This document shows positions 49,375-60,168 of a stretch of 64,000 nucleotides of DNA, one piece after another (position 1 is the first letter of the stretch; every line of letters begins with the position of its first letter). The notes below the pieces were generated by a model, which did no database searches, was not told the origin of the DNA, and saw nothing but the letters and a program-made list of their open reading frames with translations. Location of the stretch: assembly GCA_964423245.1 (NCBI GenBank), contig CAYREH010000002.1:225191-289190 (forward strand), written 5' to 3'. The DNA is from an uncultured Bradyrhizobium sp. (GTDB taxonomy: Bacteria; Pseudomonadota; Alphaproteobacteria; Rhizobiales; Xanthobacteraceae). A program made the position numbers and the translations under genes.

Positions 49375-49466
49375 TCGCTCTGTTGCAGGTCTCCGATCGC
49401 CGAATTGGTCGCAGCTAATTATCTTCCGCGTCGCCTCGCGCTCACTCATCACCAAGCGGAAGTTAT

Positions 49467-49480
49467 TTGATCCTGCGCAA
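49467..49480 (+). promoter_or_regulatory. FixK box
   Basis: TTGATCCTGCGCAA. Confidence 0.68.
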
Positions 49481-49531
49481 GGTCTCGGGTTCGTGCGGAT
49501 TGTAGGAAAAGTTGCGACCATGGAGTCCATT

Positions 49532-49738
49532 ATGCGTTTTTTCTTCAACCTGCGGGACAATCTCGAAATCGAAGACGGCGTGGGGCGGGAGTTCGCGTGC
49601 GCATCTGAAGCGGTGGACTTCGCCCGGTATCTAGCCGCGGACATTCGTTGTCTCGAGGCGACGGCCAGACCCGCTCTCGCCATCGACGTGGTGGCCGAAG
49701 AAACCGGGACGGTACACAGAGAATTTGTCTTCGCCTAG
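49532..49738 (+). CDS. DUF6894-like small protein
   Basis: MRFFFNLRD..EDGVG.EF..A...AR.LA; GGAG RBS. Confidence 0.72.
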   Translation: MRFFFNLRDNLEIEDGVGREFACASEAVDFARYLAADIRCLEATARPALAIDVVAEETGTVHREFVFA

Positions 49739-50059
49739 AAGATCGCCGCTTCCACGCTCCCGAGCCGCTACGCGCGATCCTCTCGGTCGGAAAATCGGTC
49801 GTCCCACGACGGCCGGCGCCAGTGCGTCGCTCTTACTGCGACCGTCTCGCCTGTCTCGACCTTTGTCTATCCTGCCACGGTCCGTCGGCACGGGAACACC
49901 AAGGCGTGCGGACCTTCGCCGTGATGACGGCGAGTTCGATGTCGGCCGGATAGCATCAGCTTGCGGATATGCTGTTAGGTGAGCCCGATCGTCGCGGCGT
50001 GGAAGCAAGGCTGCGAAAGGATGAAACGCCCCGAGACTGGGGTTCTCGATGCGCCCGTC

Positions 50060-50410
50060 TCAAACGCTACCTTGTGCCTGTTTCGCCTGAAAATGAATGG
50101 TGAGTAACAGGGACGCGTCGTTGATCCCTTCAACCGAATGCGCCACCCCTCCATCGAGGTAGACCCATTGGCCAGCGGCGAGCTCAATTTCCGTGTCGGA
50201 ATGGCCAAGCCGTACGCATCCTTCAAGGCAAAATAGGGTGATTTCCCCTTCTACCCGATGGGGCGGGATTTTGTGCCCGGCCGGAACAATCAGGCGTACG
50301 GCCTCGAATGTGTCCGACTTCACGATTGCAGTTGTGCGTGCCTCCTGAAGTTTACCCCCGAGCGGCTGAAGGTCGACGACTTCTCCTGAACCCGCATGAT
50401 GTACGGCCAT
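50060..50410 (-). CDS. Cupin domain protein
   Basis: IPPHRVEGEITLFCLEG..HSVEG..DASLLLTI; lower GC. Confidence 0.85.
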   Translation of the reverse strand: MAVHHAGSGEVVDLQPLGGKLQEARTTAIVKSDTFEAVRLIVPAGHKIPPHRVEGEITLFCLEGCVRLGHSDTEIELAAGQWVYLDGGVAHSVEGINDASLLLTIHFQAKQAQGSV

Positions 50411-50541
50411 TCCACTCGTCCTCTGCTGCTTTCGTGAACACGTGGCTAGTATGAGCGTTCCGTTCGGCCTCTGCGTTCCGATCCGGCACGCGTATTGGAT
50501 CCATCGCCGGCTCCGGAAGCGGAGTGCACCTGAGAAGCCGA

Positions 50542-50580
50542 GGAGATCGCGCGCGACGCTCGCGCGCGATCTCCCTTTTT
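50542..50580. terminator. 15-bp stem-loop downstream of cytochrome c550
   Basis: GGAGATCGCGCGCGA-cgc-TCGCGCGCGATCTCC; T run is on the plus strand. Confidence 0.6.
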
Positions 50581-50591
50581 GTGGGTAGCCA

Positions 50592-50981
50592 CTATTGTGA
50601 CAGCTTGACCGGTGCCTTGTCGTAGGTGTGCAGGAACGCGATCAGATCCTTGATCTTCTGCTCGTCCTTGATTCCGGCGAACGCCATTTTGGTGCCGGGG
50701 ATCTTGGCCTTCGGATCCTTGATGTATTCGGAGAATGTTGCCTCGTCCCAGGTGATGCCCGAGTTCTTGTTGGCGGCAGAATAACTATACCCTTCGACTG
50801 ACCCCGACTTCCGTCCGATCAGACCGTTGAGCACGGGGCCCACCACGTTCTTCGCACTGTCGCCGATCTGGTGACAGGCCTTGCAGACCACAAAGACCTT
50901 TTCCCCGGCGGCCGCATCCTGCGCGCTTGCTTGGCCAAATCCGGCCGCGACGAACACGGCGGCAATAACTATTCGCTTCAT
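50592..50981 (-). CDS. Cytochrome c2/c550 at end of nos cluster
   Basis: Signal peptide, CKACH, GP.LNG, IPGTKMAFAG. Confidence 0.95.
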   Translation of the reverse strand: MKRIVIAAVFVAAGFGQASAQDAAAGEKVFVVCKACHQIGDSAKNVVGPVLNGLIGRKSGSVEGYSYSAANKNSGITWDEATFSEYIKDPKAKIPGTKMAFAGIKDEQKIKDLIAFLHTYDKAPVKLSQ

Positions 50982-51015
50982 TCACTTCTCCTTGGGCTGC
51001 TTGTGGAACTGGGGG

Positions 51016-52014
51016 TCAGGCAACGAGGTCGGCAACGCTTCCGGCGGCATCGATCAGATGAACGCGTTCGATGCCGGCCGGGGCCATCAACGCGTGGATC
51101 CGCTTCTGGTCCATCAGGCTGAAGGCCGTGGACAGCGCATCGGCGGCCGTTGCGGTCTCGGCGATGGTGGTGACGCTCCGATAGAGATGACCGCAGGCTC
51201 CGGTCGCCGAATCGAAGAGGTGATTGAAACGCCCGGACGGATCGAACCGGAAGCCGTACGCGCCGGAGGTCGAGACCGCAAGGTTGACGACCGGAAGAAC
51301 GGCTTGGGTTCGCTCTGGCAGCTCCGGATCGGCGATGCCGACTTCCCAGGGTTCGTCGTCCGGGCGCCCGCCGATGGCGCGGGTCTCGCCCATGTCGACC
51401 AGGGTATGACCGATGCCCCGCGAGCGCAGCAGATCGACGACCTTATCGGTGATGTATCCTTGCGCAATTCCATTGAGCGTGATCGCAGTGCCCTTGGGGA
51501 CGACGATGCGGTCCCTGCTGACCGACAAACGGCGGTAACCTACGCATGCGAGCGCCGCTTTCACGGACGCCTGGTCGGGTCCCGAGGGGTCCGGATCCGC
51601 TTTCGCGAAATGGTTTGCGTAGAGCTCCCACAACGGCTGCACGGTCGGATCGAACATGCCGCCGGTGAGTTCCGCGTATCGCTGCGACGCCTCAAGCAGC
51701 TCCACGAACTCCGGGGCCGGGTCCACTAGTATCCCAGTGCGGTTCAATCGCACTAGCGCCGAGTCATCGAGATATAGACTGAACAAGCGTTCCAGACGCC
51801 GTGCTTCGGCGCATGCTGTCACGATCAGCCGTTCGGCCTCGCGCCGTTCGGGATGGTAGATCTTCATGGTTGCGACGGCACCCAGCATCGTGCCGTGCCA
51901 GGTAACGAGATCGGACGTACGATCTGCGGCGCCGGCCGGTGCCGCGAGCGCGAGCCCGGCGGCAGCGCCGCTGATCCGGATGAAACGTCGTCGGGAGATC
52001 GCGCCAACCATCAT
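51016..52014 (-). CDS. nosX: NosX FAD:protein FMN transferase (ApbE family)
   Basis: Tat leader RRRFI, FDPTVQPLW, LNGIAQGY, STSG. Confidence 0.93.
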   Translation of the reverse strand: MMVGAISRRRFIRISGAAAGLALAAPAGAADRTSDLVTWHGTMLGAVATMKIYHPERREAERLIVTACAEARRLERLFSLYLDDSALVRLNRTGILVDPAPEFVELLEASQRYAELTGGMFDPTVQPLWELYANHFAKADPDPSGPDQASVKAALACVGYRRLSVSRDRIVVPKGTAITLNGIAQGYITDKVVDLLRSRGIGHTLVDMGETRAIGGRPDDEPWEVGIADPELPERTQAVLPVVNLAVSTSGAYGFRFDPSGRFNHLFDSATGACGHLYRSVTTIAETATAADALSTAFSLMDQKRIHALMAPAGIERVHLIDAAGSVADLVA

Positions 52015-52021
52015 GTCCTCC

Positions 52022-52573
52022 TCAATCGAGCGAAGCCCGCCCCTTAGCGCCCACTTCCGGATCCGGCCCGACCTTGTCTCCGTCCGAGCCGAGCACGTAG
52101 TCGCGCGGCACCTCCGAGAACGGGACAATACGCCCGCCGTTCTCGGCAACGAACTCGTCGGCTGCTGCGCGCGCAGAGAACGGGACAGCCTCGTCGCCCC
52201 CCATTCCTCCCCTCGCGCGGCTGCCGATGACGAACAGCGCCTTGCGGGCCTCGACCCAGTTGTCCGGACCCGGCTTGTCCCAGCTCGGCGCATTGCCCAT
52301 GTCGGACACGTAGATCGCCTGAATGTCCTTCGGCTCGTCCGGCAGCACGGTGAATGCGATGGTGTCGCGGGCCGAGGAGAACCAGACCGGCTCGATCAGA
52401 CTGGCGACGAAGATGTGCCCCTTCGGACCCGGATGCTCGAGCACGTTCATCCCGCAGTAGTGACCGATCAACTCGGCCGTCATCTTGTGAGGCGGTGGCG
52501 CCTGCGCGGCTTGCTTCTCGCCGCAGCCGGCGAGTGCGAGCAGGCCCAGGAACGCCAGGGAGAGGCGTCTCAT
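52022..52573 (-). CDS. nosL: NosL copper lipoprotein
   Basis: Lipobox LAGC, HYCGM..HPGPK, GGMGG.EAVPF. Confidence 0.93.
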   Translation of the reverse strand: MRRLSLAFLGLLALAGCGEKQAAQAPPPHKMTAELIGHYCGMNVLEHPGPKGHIFVASLIEPVWFSSARDTIAFTVLPDEPKDIQAIYVSDMGNAPSWDKPGPDNWVEARKALFVIGSRARGGMGGDEAVPFSARAAADEFVAENGGRIVPFSEVPRDYVLGSDGDKVGPDPEVGAKGRASLD

Positions 52574-53397
52574 AGTTCCCTCCGCGAAAAAGCGGCCGCA
52601 GCAAGTCCTAGCGGCACGAACGTCCACGCCAAGAGCGCGATCAAAAGCACCTGCGCGGACAATGTCGTGCTCTGAGCAAGCCCAGCCATACCCGCGAAGC
52701 TGCTGACGTTCGCGAAGCCGGTCAGGTTGAACAACCGGTAGACGTCGGTCGGGTTCAGCAGAAGCATCGCGTCGACGGCGGCGGCAGAGATGCTGCGGCC
52801 TTGGTCTACGGCGAGGACGCCGAGCAGCGCCATGTCGTAGATCAGGACCAGAAGGAGCCACAGGCCGATGCAGATGCCGGCGGCCGTGCCCCGATCGCGG
52901 ACCAATGAACTGACCAGATATCCAATGGCGACGAACACGGCTCCGAGCAGCACGGAGGAGCCGATCATCGCGGCGAAGGCCGCGAGGCTGTCGGCACCGA
53001 TCTGGCTTCCCGTGGCGATCAGAGCCGCAGCGGCAATCCCGTAGCCCAGACAGGTCGCAAAGGCCAGCACCGCCAGATGTCCGGTGAACTTGCCGAGCAG
53101 AACCTGCCAGCGGGCGACCGGATAGCTGAGCAGCAGGAGCATGGTCCCCCGCTCCATGTCCCCGACGATGGCATCGTGCGAGATCAAGAGCGCGATCAGC
53201 GGAATCAGGAAGATGGTCAGACTTGAAAGGCTGACGATCACCACGTCCAGCGCACGTACGCCGACGGTGCCGGTCGGGGCGCTGCCGAGGAATGTCAGCG
53301 ACAATGCCAATCCGGCGAGCAGCAGCGTTGATGCGAGCACCCACCGGTTCCGGATAGCCTGGTGGATCTCCTTGGCGGCGATGATCAGCGCATTCAT
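52570..53397 (-). CDS. nosY: NosY ABC permease
   Basis: RNRW, HDAIVG..ERGT.LLLLSYP, LNPTDVYR. Confidence 0.95.
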   Translation of the reverse strand: MNALIIAAKEIHQAIRNRWVLASTLLLAGLALSLTFLGSAPTGTVGVRALDVVIVSLSSLTIFLIPLIALLISHDAIVGDMERGTMLLLLSYPVARWQVLLGKFTGHLAVLAFATCLGYGIAAAALIATGSQIGADSLAAFAAMIGSSVLLGAVFVAIGYLVSSLVRDRGTAAGICIGLWLLLVLIYDMALLGVLAVDQGRSISAAAVDAMLLLNPTDVYRLFNLTGFANVSSFAGMAGLAQSTTLSAQVLLIALLAWTFVPLGLAAAAFSRREL

Positions 53398-54314
53398 GGC
53401 GTCCGCTCCGCTTGCCGGAGGAAATGAGCGTAGAGTTCATCCAGCGTCGGCGGAATCACATCGAGGTCCTCGACCGCGGTTCCCGACGCGGTGGCGCTGT
53501 GCAGCAGTTCGATCTTTCGGTCCGGCTCCGCGTCGATCTCGACAAGGTGACCGTTCAGGCGCCGGCAGGGCGCGCCGGCCGGCAGCCAGGACGGCAACTC
53601 GCCGGGCGAGAGGCCGGCGATCTTCAGCCGTATCTTGGTCGGCAAGCGCGCGATGTTGCGCAGCCTTTCGATCGATCCATCGGCGACCTTGATGCCGCGA
53701 TTCATGATGATCACGCGGCCTGCGCGTTCTTCGAGTTCGGTCAGGGCGTGGGACGACAAGAGCACCGTGGCGCCCTCGGCCGCGAGCCGCTGGATAACCT
53801 CGTAGAAGGTCTGGCGCAGCTCCGGATCCAGTCCTGTCGTGGGCTCGTCCAGCAGGAGCACGCGCGGATGGCCGATGAGCGCCTGTGCGAGCCCCAGGCG
53901 CTGGCGCATGCCCTTGGAATAGGTGCCGACCCGCCGCCGAGAGGCGTCGTCCAGGCCGACCGCATCGAGAAGCTTCAGCGCGCTGGCAACGGGCTCCCGC
54001 TTGAGCCGCGCGTAAAAAGCCAGGGTCTCGCGCCCGGTCAGGGCGGCATCGAACGAGACATTCTCCGGAAGGTAGCCGAGTTGTCGGCGCCCGGCGAATT
54101 GTCCAGCCGCCGGATTGTCACCGAGCACCTCGATTGATCCGCTCGTCGGACGGATCAGTCCGAGCATCAGCTTCATCAGCGTGGTCTTGCCGGCACCGTT
54201 GTGGCCGATCAGCGCCACCAATTCGCCTTGGCCCAGCTCGAACGAAGCTCCGCGGACCGCTTGGATGCGGCCGTAGTCCTTGGTGACATCGGAGATGCAA
54301 ACCGTTTTCATCAT
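53394..54314 (-). CDS. nosF: NosF ABC ATPase
   Basis: GHNGAGKT, YSKGMRQR, LLDEPT. Confidence 0.94.
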   Translation of the reverse strand: MMKTVCISDVTKDYGRIQAVRGASFELGQGELVALIGHNGAGKTTLMKLMLGLIRPTSGSIEVLGDNPAAGQFAGRRQLGYLPENVSFDAALTGRETLAFYARLKREPVASALKLLDAVGLDDASRRRVGTYSKGMRQRLGLAQALIGHPRVLLLDEPTTGLDPELRQTFYEVIQRLAAEGATVLLSSHALTELEERAGRVIIMNRGIKVADGSIERLRNIARLPTKIRLKIAGLSPGELPSWLPAGAPCRRLNGHLVEIDAEPDRKIELLHSATASGTAVEDLDVIPPTLDELYAHFLRQAERTP

Positions 54315-55669
54315 CGCGCCTCTCCGGTCGGACGGCGCGCGGGCGGAGACATCAGCGGGTGGGTATCGACGACGCCGCCCGGCAGCAGCGCTGGAAACTG
54401 CGCCTGCGCCCAGCGGATGACCTGCACGGCGGGGCTGTTGATGAGCAGCTTCGCCGCGGGTGCCGTCCATAGCACGCGATCGATGAGATCGTTCGGCCTG
54501 TATGCCGTGTCGCCTATGCCGTCGCCGTTGAGGTCGAAGGCCGGATTGTCGCTCCAGTAGTTGCCGCGTCCGCCGGTCGACCAGTCCAGGTGCCGGGTGC
54601 CGACGTATTTCACCTGATTGGCGTTGTTGACGAAAGCGTTTCCAGTGATCTCGTTGCCTTCGGAGCCGGCCGTGAAATGAACGCCAATAGCACAGCGTTC
54701 GAACCAGTTGTTCCGGAACCGGTTGTGGTTCGTGTTGTAGATGAACACGCATTTTTCCGGGCCGTTCCGCAGACTCTGCTCCCGCTTCGTGTCCGGCATC
54801 ATGCCCCGCTCGTCGTCCGGGCGCTCTTCGCCACGGTCGGCAGCGATATCGAGAGAGCCGCCCGTCACGCGGTTTCCGTCGATCTCGGCGTAGTTGGCGT
54901 AGTTGAACAGAAACCCGTAGTCGCGGTCCCGATCCGAGGCGTTGTTGCGGATCACCAGGCGGTTCGAATACATGATGGCGTAGCCGACATGGTTGCCGAC
55001 AGAAACGTTGCCGCTGACTTCGCTGTCGTTGGTGTACATATAGTGGACCGCGAAGCGGACCTGTTCGAAGCGATTGCCGATGAAACGATCCTTGCGACTT
55101 GAAATCGTAAAGATGCCGTCGCGGCCGTACCGGAAGGTATTGTCCGCAATAGTGACATCGGGCGCATTCCAAAGCGAAACGCCGTTGCCAGCCTCGCTGA
55201 GCCGGCCGCCGCGAAGCCCTTCGATCACGTTGCCGGCGACCCGCGACCCCGCGGCCCCGTGCACGTAGACGCCGAACAGGTTTCCGACCAGGTGGTTGCT
55301 CTCGACCGTCGCGCGTTCGGCGGTTTTCTGGAGAAAGATTCCAGAATTCATCGCTTGCAGGTCGCTGCCCGATCCCCGGACCGTCACACCGCGGACGGTC
55401 ACATCGGGGGCGGTCACCGTGACGACGTTGCCGTCGCCGCCGCCGTCCAACACACTACCGGGGCGTCCCATCACCACGAGAGGTCGATCGATTCTGATTG
55501 AACCCTTGTACTCGCCCGGCCCGAGTTCAATCACGTCGCCGTCTCGCGCACGATCCAGCAGCGCCTGTAGGGGCTGGCCCGGGACAGCCGTCAGTGTCTC
55601 CGCGCTGGCGAAGCTGGTCAATCCGGCGGCGACGAGCGCCGCCGGAAGCATGCGTGACGGGAGACGCAC
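54311..55669 (-). CDS. nosD: NosD periplasmic maturation protein
   Basis: Beta-helix repeats, VHYMY, GNYWSDN..FDLNGDG; GTG start inferred. Confidence 0.95.
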   Translation of the reverse strand: MRLPSRMLPAALVAAGLTSFASAETLTAVPGQPLQALLDRARDGDVIELGPGEYKGSIRIDRPLVVMGRPGSVLDGGGDGNVVTVTAPDVTVRGVTVRGSGSDLQAMNSGIFLQKTAERATVESNHLVGNLFGVYVHGAAGSRVAGNVIEGLRGGRLSEAGNGVSLWNAPDVTIADNTFRYGRDGIFTISSRKDRFIGNRFEQVRFAVHYMYTNDSEVSGNVSVGNHVGYAIMYSNRLVIRNNASDRDRDYGFLFNYANYAEIDGNRVTGGSLDIAADRGEERPDDERGMMPDTKREQSLRNGPEKCVFIYNTNHNRFRNNWFERCAIGVHFTAGSEGNEITGNAFVNNANQVKYVGTRHLDWSTGGRGNYWSDNPAFDLNGDGIGDTAYRPNDLIDRVLWTAPAAKLLINSPAVQVIRWAQAQFPALLPGGVVDTHPLMSPPARRPTGEAR

Positions 55670-55683
55670 GGCGCGGCTCCCGA

Positions 55684-57636
55684 TCAGACCGATTTCGGTT
55701 CGACAAACATGCGGCCCTTCATCTCCATGTGCATGGCGTGGCAGAACCATGAGCAGTAGTACCAGTAGACGCCGGGCTTATCCGCGGAGAACGACACCGA
55801 TGCCGTCGCCATCGGCGCGACCTCCATCTGGATGCCGTAGTTCACGATGGAGAAGCCGTGCGTCAGGTCTTCCACGGCATCGATATTGGTGATGTAGACG
55901 GTCACCTTATCGCCCAGCTTGACCTGGAACTGCTCCAGGCCGAATGCCGGTGCGGTGGACGTCATGTAGACGCGGACGTTGTTGCCGTCGCGGATGACCT
56001 TCGAGTCGGCTTCGAGATTGATGCCGTCGGCCTTTGCCTGCTTGACCGCGTCCGCAAACATCGGATCGGCCCGGTCCCAGATCGAGATCGGGTTGATCTT
56101 GGAACGGTGCACGATGGTGGCGTCATGGGGCTCGGCGAAGCTTGGGCCATCGTGGACCAGCTTCATCTGGTCGCCCGAGATATCGATCAACTGATCGTTC
56201 TCCGGCTTCAGCGGACCGACGTTGAGGAAGCGATCCTTGGAGAACTTGTTCAGCGAGATCAGCCACTTCCCATCGGCTTCCTTGGTCTGGCCCATCGACG
56301 AATGATTGTGGCCGGGCTGATAGTGGACGTCGAGCTTCTGGATGATGGGATCGACCTTCTCGCCCTTGAATGCCCGTTTGGCGAGCTCGATGTTCCACTT
56401 GCAGACCTGGCTGTCAAGGAACAGCGTCGTGTAGGCGTTGCCCTTGCCGTCGTACGCGGTGTGCAGCGGGCCGAGGCCCAGCTCGGGCTCGGCGACAACG
56501 ACGTCGCGCGGCTTAATCTTGTCATCGAACAATTGATCGAACAGGCGCACGTCCATGACCGTCACGGTCGGCGACAGCTTACCGGCAGCCACGATATGGA
56601 TCCCGTCGGGCGCTGTGTTCATGCCGTGCGGATTGTTCGAGACAGGAACGTAGCGCGTGTACTGCGAGCCTTTCCGGCCGTCGATCACGGGTACGCCGTT
56701 CATTTCCTTGAAGTCGCCCTTCTTGACGGCATCCTCGATGCGCTTGAGGTTGAAGATGACGACCCAGTCCTGCTCGTTGGCCGTCATTTCGGCGAGCGTC
56801 ACGCCTTCTTCCGCGTTGTAGCAGGTCGAGAAGGCGTACTTGCCCTGATAGTCGGCATCGACGTTGTCGAGATTGCCGCTCACGATCACCTGCCAGGCTA
56901 CTTTCATCGTGTCGCCGTCGATGGCGCTGAAGATCGAGTGGTACTGTTTGGGATCATCGAGGATTTTGCCATCGTTCGGCAGCGGTACGGCATCTTCGCC
57001 ATTGGCGAAGACATAGCCGGTGCGCGGATATTTCTGGACGCGCAGGCCGTGTACCGTATGCTGGTTGGGCAGCTCGATGATCTTGTCGCATTTCATGACG
57101 TCGAGTCGCACCCGCGCCACGCGCGTGTTGGCCTTGTCGTTCATGAAGACGTAGCGGCCGTCGTAGGTTCCGTCGGTAAACGAGAGGTGCGGGTGATGCA
57201 GGTCGCCGTTCATGAAGGTGCCGCCGCGGCTCTTGAGGAATTCACGGGTCGCCGGTTGCAGTCCCTCGGTCAGGACTTTGAGGCTTTCGTTGGTCAGGCC
57301 CCATCCGGTGGCGCTGCAGCGGTTGAAGACGGGCACCCGCATCAGTTCGCGCATTGAAGGAAGTCCCACGATGCGCATTTCGCCGGATTGGCCGCTTGAG
57401 AAGAAGACGTAATATTCGTCGAGTTCGCCGGGCGCCACCTCCGTCTTCTGCACGGCCGGCCGGGCCGCCGGCGCCTTCGGTGCCGCAGCTTTGGTCTGGG
57501 CGTCCGCGGTCGCGATGAAACCGCTGCCGTCCTTCGTCACCACCGCTCCGCCGACGAGGCCAACGCCCGCAGCAGCGGCCGTGGTGCCCAGCAGGGTTCG
57601 TCGGCTGACGCCCTTTCCGTTCTCGTTTTCGCTCAT
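55684..57636 (-). CDS. nosZ: Clade I Tat-dependent nitrous oxide reductase
   Basis: SRRTLL Tat motif, DLHHPH, EPHD, Cu[13 protein letters not shown]. Confidence 0.99.
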   Translation of the reverse strand: MSENENGKGVSRRTLLGTTAAAAGVGLVGGAVVTKDGSGFIATADAQTKAAAPKAPAARPAVQKTEVAPGELDEYYVFFSSGQSGEMRIVGLPSMRELMRVPVFNRCSATGWGLTNESLKVLTEGLQPATREFLKSRGGTFMNGDLHHPHLSFTDGTYDGRYVFMNDKANTRVARVRLDVMKCDKIIELPNQHTVHGLRVQKYPRTGYVFANGEDAVPLPNDGKILDDPKQYHSIFSAIDGDTMKVAWQVIVSGNLDNVDADYQGKYAFSTCYNAEEGVTLAEMTANEQDWVVIFNLKRIEDAVKKGDFKEMNGVPVIDGRKGSQYTRYVPVSNNPHGMNTAPDGIHIVAAGKLSPTVTVMDVRLFDQLFDDKIKPRDVVVAEPELGLGPLHTAYDGKGNAYTTLFLDSQVCKWNIELAKRAFKGEKVDPIIQKLDVHYQPGHNHSSMGQTKEADGKWLISLNKFSKDRFLNVGPLKPENDQLIDISGDQMKLVHDGPSFAEPHDATIVHRSKINPISIWDRADPMFADAVKQAKADGINLEADSKVIRDGNNVRVYMTSTAPAFGLEQFQVKLGDKVTVYITNIDAVEDLTHGFSIVNYGIQMEVAPMATASVSFSADKPGVYWYYCSWFCHAMHMEMKGRMFVEPKSV

Positions 57637-57658
57637 GATGGTATCCTCGGCTTTCGTT

Positions 57659-59968
57659 TCAGGTTGCGGGTGGAGTGATGGCATCGACAGGCGGCGCACC
57701 GACGGGCTTGCCACCGGCGGTGATGATCGTGGCCGGGCCCTTGCCGGTCGCGCGCATTGAAGGCGACGACATGGCCTCGCGCTTCTCCCGCTTCAGCCGC
57801 ACCTGGATCATGTGCGGGCAGCGGTGATCGTCGAAGTAGAGTTCTTGGCAGTGCATGCAGTAGATGCATTCGTTGACGTTGATGTGTCCCTCCGGATGGA
57901 TCGCCTGGACCGGGCACTCGTTGGCGCAGCGCTGACACGGCGAGCCGCACTCGGGCCAGCGCCGCAGCCATTCGAACATTCGGATGCGGCCCGGAATCGC
58001 CAGCGCAGCGCCGAGCGGGCACATGTAGCGGCAAAAGAAGCGCTCTACGAAAAGGCCAAGCGAGAGCAGCGTCAAGGCGTAGACCACGAACGGCCACTCG
58101 CGCGCGAATTTCAAGATGATCGAGGTCTTGAACGGCTCGACCTCGGCAAGTTGCTCGGCGAACGCGGTGGAGTAGAGCGACATGCCGAACAAACCGAGGA
58201 AGATGATGTACTTGATTGGCCAAAGCCGTTCGTGAAGGCTCCAGGGCACGCGGTACTGCGGGACCTTGAGCGCCTGCGCCAGATTATTGAGCAATTCCTG
58301 CAAGGCGCCGAACGGGCAGAGCCAACCGCAGAACGGACCGCGCCCCCAGAACAGGAGGCCAGCGGCGATCGAGGCCCAGAGAATGAAGATCAGCGGAGCA
58401 GACAGGAAGTATTCCCAACTGAAACCCGTCAGCAGCGAGTTGGCGAAGGTCAGAACATTGACGACCGAGAGCTGGGCGTTCGCATACCAGCCCAGCCAGA
58501 CCAGGATGAAGAGCAGGTAGCCGCGGCGAACCCAGACGTAGACGGCGGGGCGACGGACGAGAAAATTCTGAAAGAAGAAGATCAGCGTGAGAGCGCCCAG
58601 TGCGACGACGGCAAGTGCGATCTTAATCGTGTTGGCTCGCCAGATCCGCATCCACAGCGGTTCTTCGTCGGACGGCGCCGGCGGCGTGCCGACTTCGCGG
58701 GTCTCGGCGGCCGAGAGTGCCGACGACTTCGCAGGTGCCGTCTGTGCGGGCGGCGCCGGCGGCGCCTGACGCTTCAGGTAGATGTCGGGAAGCCTATAGC
58801 CGATATCGAAGGTCACCAAAGCCTTGTCGCGGGCGCCGACGACGCGCTGCACCAGGAGTTGCAGCACCCATGGTTCGGTCGGATCGAGCGCGAGCTCGGC
58901 CGGGACCGTGAACAGCGCGATTTCCGGAAAGTCGGGCGCGCCCTCGGCGGCAAGGCTGCCCAGGCGGGTATGATCGCGGTCGCGGAAGCGGACGCTGTTG
59001 GTCTCCTGAATCAATTCGATGCGGTCGAAGATTCCGCCGCGGACGTAGGCGGCTCCCTTGAACGAGTAGCGGCCGGATCCGGCGACGACGAGCGCCTGCT
59101 GACCCGACTTCAGACGCCCGGCGAGCCGTTGGTAGCCGTCGTCCCCGAGCAGACTGCGGCCGATCGTGGGGACGGCGACGTCGGCGATGTACAGATCGAT
59201 GAACGTGTCGTCCGGATCGCCTTCCTCCGGATGCGCGACCGCTGCGGCGTTGCCGGTCTTCTCGAAGGCCTTGTTGACATCCGCGACCGACAGGAAGAGT
59301 CGGCGGACCGAGCCGTCCCCGACGAGGCTCTGCCAGTCGCGGACCTCGCTCTTTTGCGGATCGATGGCTTTCGACGCTTGCGGCGCCGCGCCGGCGACTC
59401 CGCCCCCTTCAACGCCCAGCCGGCCGCTCTTGATCAGCTTGGTCGCCGAGCGGACGATGCTGTCGCCGATCACCAGCACGGTGACCGTTGCCCCACTGAC
59501 GATGTCGACTTGGGGCGCCGATGCGGCCCCGCGCGCCACCTCGCCCATGTCGGCACCGATCAGCTTGTTGACAGCATCGAGAATGCGCTTCTCCGGAATG
59601 CCGACGAGCACGATGGGCTCCTTGTGCTCGACGAGTTTGAATCCCTTGAGCACGCCCTTGGTATCGATGCCGATCAGAAGCTGGATCGGTTTGCCGGAAT
59701 AACCAGTCGCGTTGGCGAACTGGGAATTGAGGTAGACAAATCCCTGCAGCTGGTCGCCGCGGTAGACCGGAACGATTGGCGGATCCCCCTGCGGCGGACC
59801 GAATCGGTCCGCTCCTTGGAAGAAGTCGGCGGGCGCGACCTTCGGCAGATAGGTGGCGAGATCGCCGGCCGCGAGTGCCGCATGTGCCCACAACGTCGCG
59901 CAGATCGCGAAGATGACCGCAAATGCTGCAGATGCAGGTCGTTTGGCGGCGAAAAGACTCCGGATCAT
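57659..59968 (-). CDS. nosR: NosR FMN/Fe-S membrane protein
   Basis: DIVSGATVT flavinylation site, [16 protein letters not shown], two ferredoxin motifs; start uncertain. Confidence 0.96.
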   Translation of the reverse strand: MIRSLFAAKRPASAAFAVIFAICATLWAHAALAAGDLATYLPKVAPADFFQGADRFGPPQGDPPIVPVYRGDQLQGFVYLNSQFANATGYSGKPIQLLIGIDTKGVLKGFKLVEHKEPIVLVGIPEKRILDAVNKLIGADMGEVARGAASAPQVDIVSGATVTVLVIGDSIVRSATKLIKSGRLGVEGGGVAGAAPQASKAIDPQKSEVRDWQSLVGDGSVRRLFLSVADVNKAFEKTGNAAAVAHPEEGDPDDTFIDLYIADVAVPTIGRSLLGDDGYQRLAGRLKSGQQALVVAGSGRYSFKGAAYVRGGIFDRIELIQETNSVRFRDRDHTRLGSLAAEGAPDFPEIALFTVPAELALDPTEPWVLQLLVQRVVGARDKALVTFDIGYRLPDIYLKRQAPPAPPAQTAPAKSSALSAAETREVGTPPAPSDEEPLWMRIWRANTIKIALAVVALGALTLIFFFQNFLVRRPAVYVWVRRGYLLFILVWLGWYANAQLSVVNVLTFANSLLTGFSWEYFLSAPLIFILWASIAAGLLFWGRGPFCGWLCPFGALQELLNNLAQALKVPQYRVPWSLHERLWPIKYIIFLGLFGMSLYSTAFAEQLAEVEPFKTSIILKFAREWPFVVYALTLLSLGLFVERFFCRYMCPLGAALAIPGRIRMFEWLRRWPECGSPCQRCANECPVQAIHPEGHINVNECIYCMHCQELYFDDHRCPHMIQVRLKREKREAMSSPSMRATGKGPATIITAGGKPVGAPPVDAITPPAT

Positions 59969-60093
59969 GGAGTACCTCAAAGCGGAACGGGTTTGCCCGA
60001 GCACGCGCATTCCATTCGAATTTGGTGTTTGATGTCCCGGGATCGCCGTTGACGCCGGATGGGCGGACCCATTGAGCATTGAGCCAACGCAAA

Positions 60094-60107
60094 TCGAGCT
60101 GCGTCAA
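60094..60107. promoter_or_regulatory. Imperfect FixK box, positioned for the ferritin-like gene
   Basis: TCGAGCTGCGTCAA (first TTG is TCG). Confidence 0.4.
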
Positions 60108-60141
60108 GAGGAGCTATACAATGATAGGAATGGCCTCGAAC

Positions 60142-60155
60142 TTGCGTTGCATCAA
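60142..60155 (-). promoter_or_regulatory. FixK box upstream of nosR
   Basis: TTGATGCAACGCAA on minus strand. Confidence 0.75.
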
Positions 60156-60168
60156 ATAGCCGAGGAAT

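Noticed and set aside
57812..60052. 746-aa plus-strand ORF, and similar long ORFs at 10-939, 11480-12742, 26273-27949, 41904-43421, 44505-46409, 55858-57357
   Set aside because: Antisense or off-frame shadows of well-supported genes, expected in high-GC DNA; no motifs
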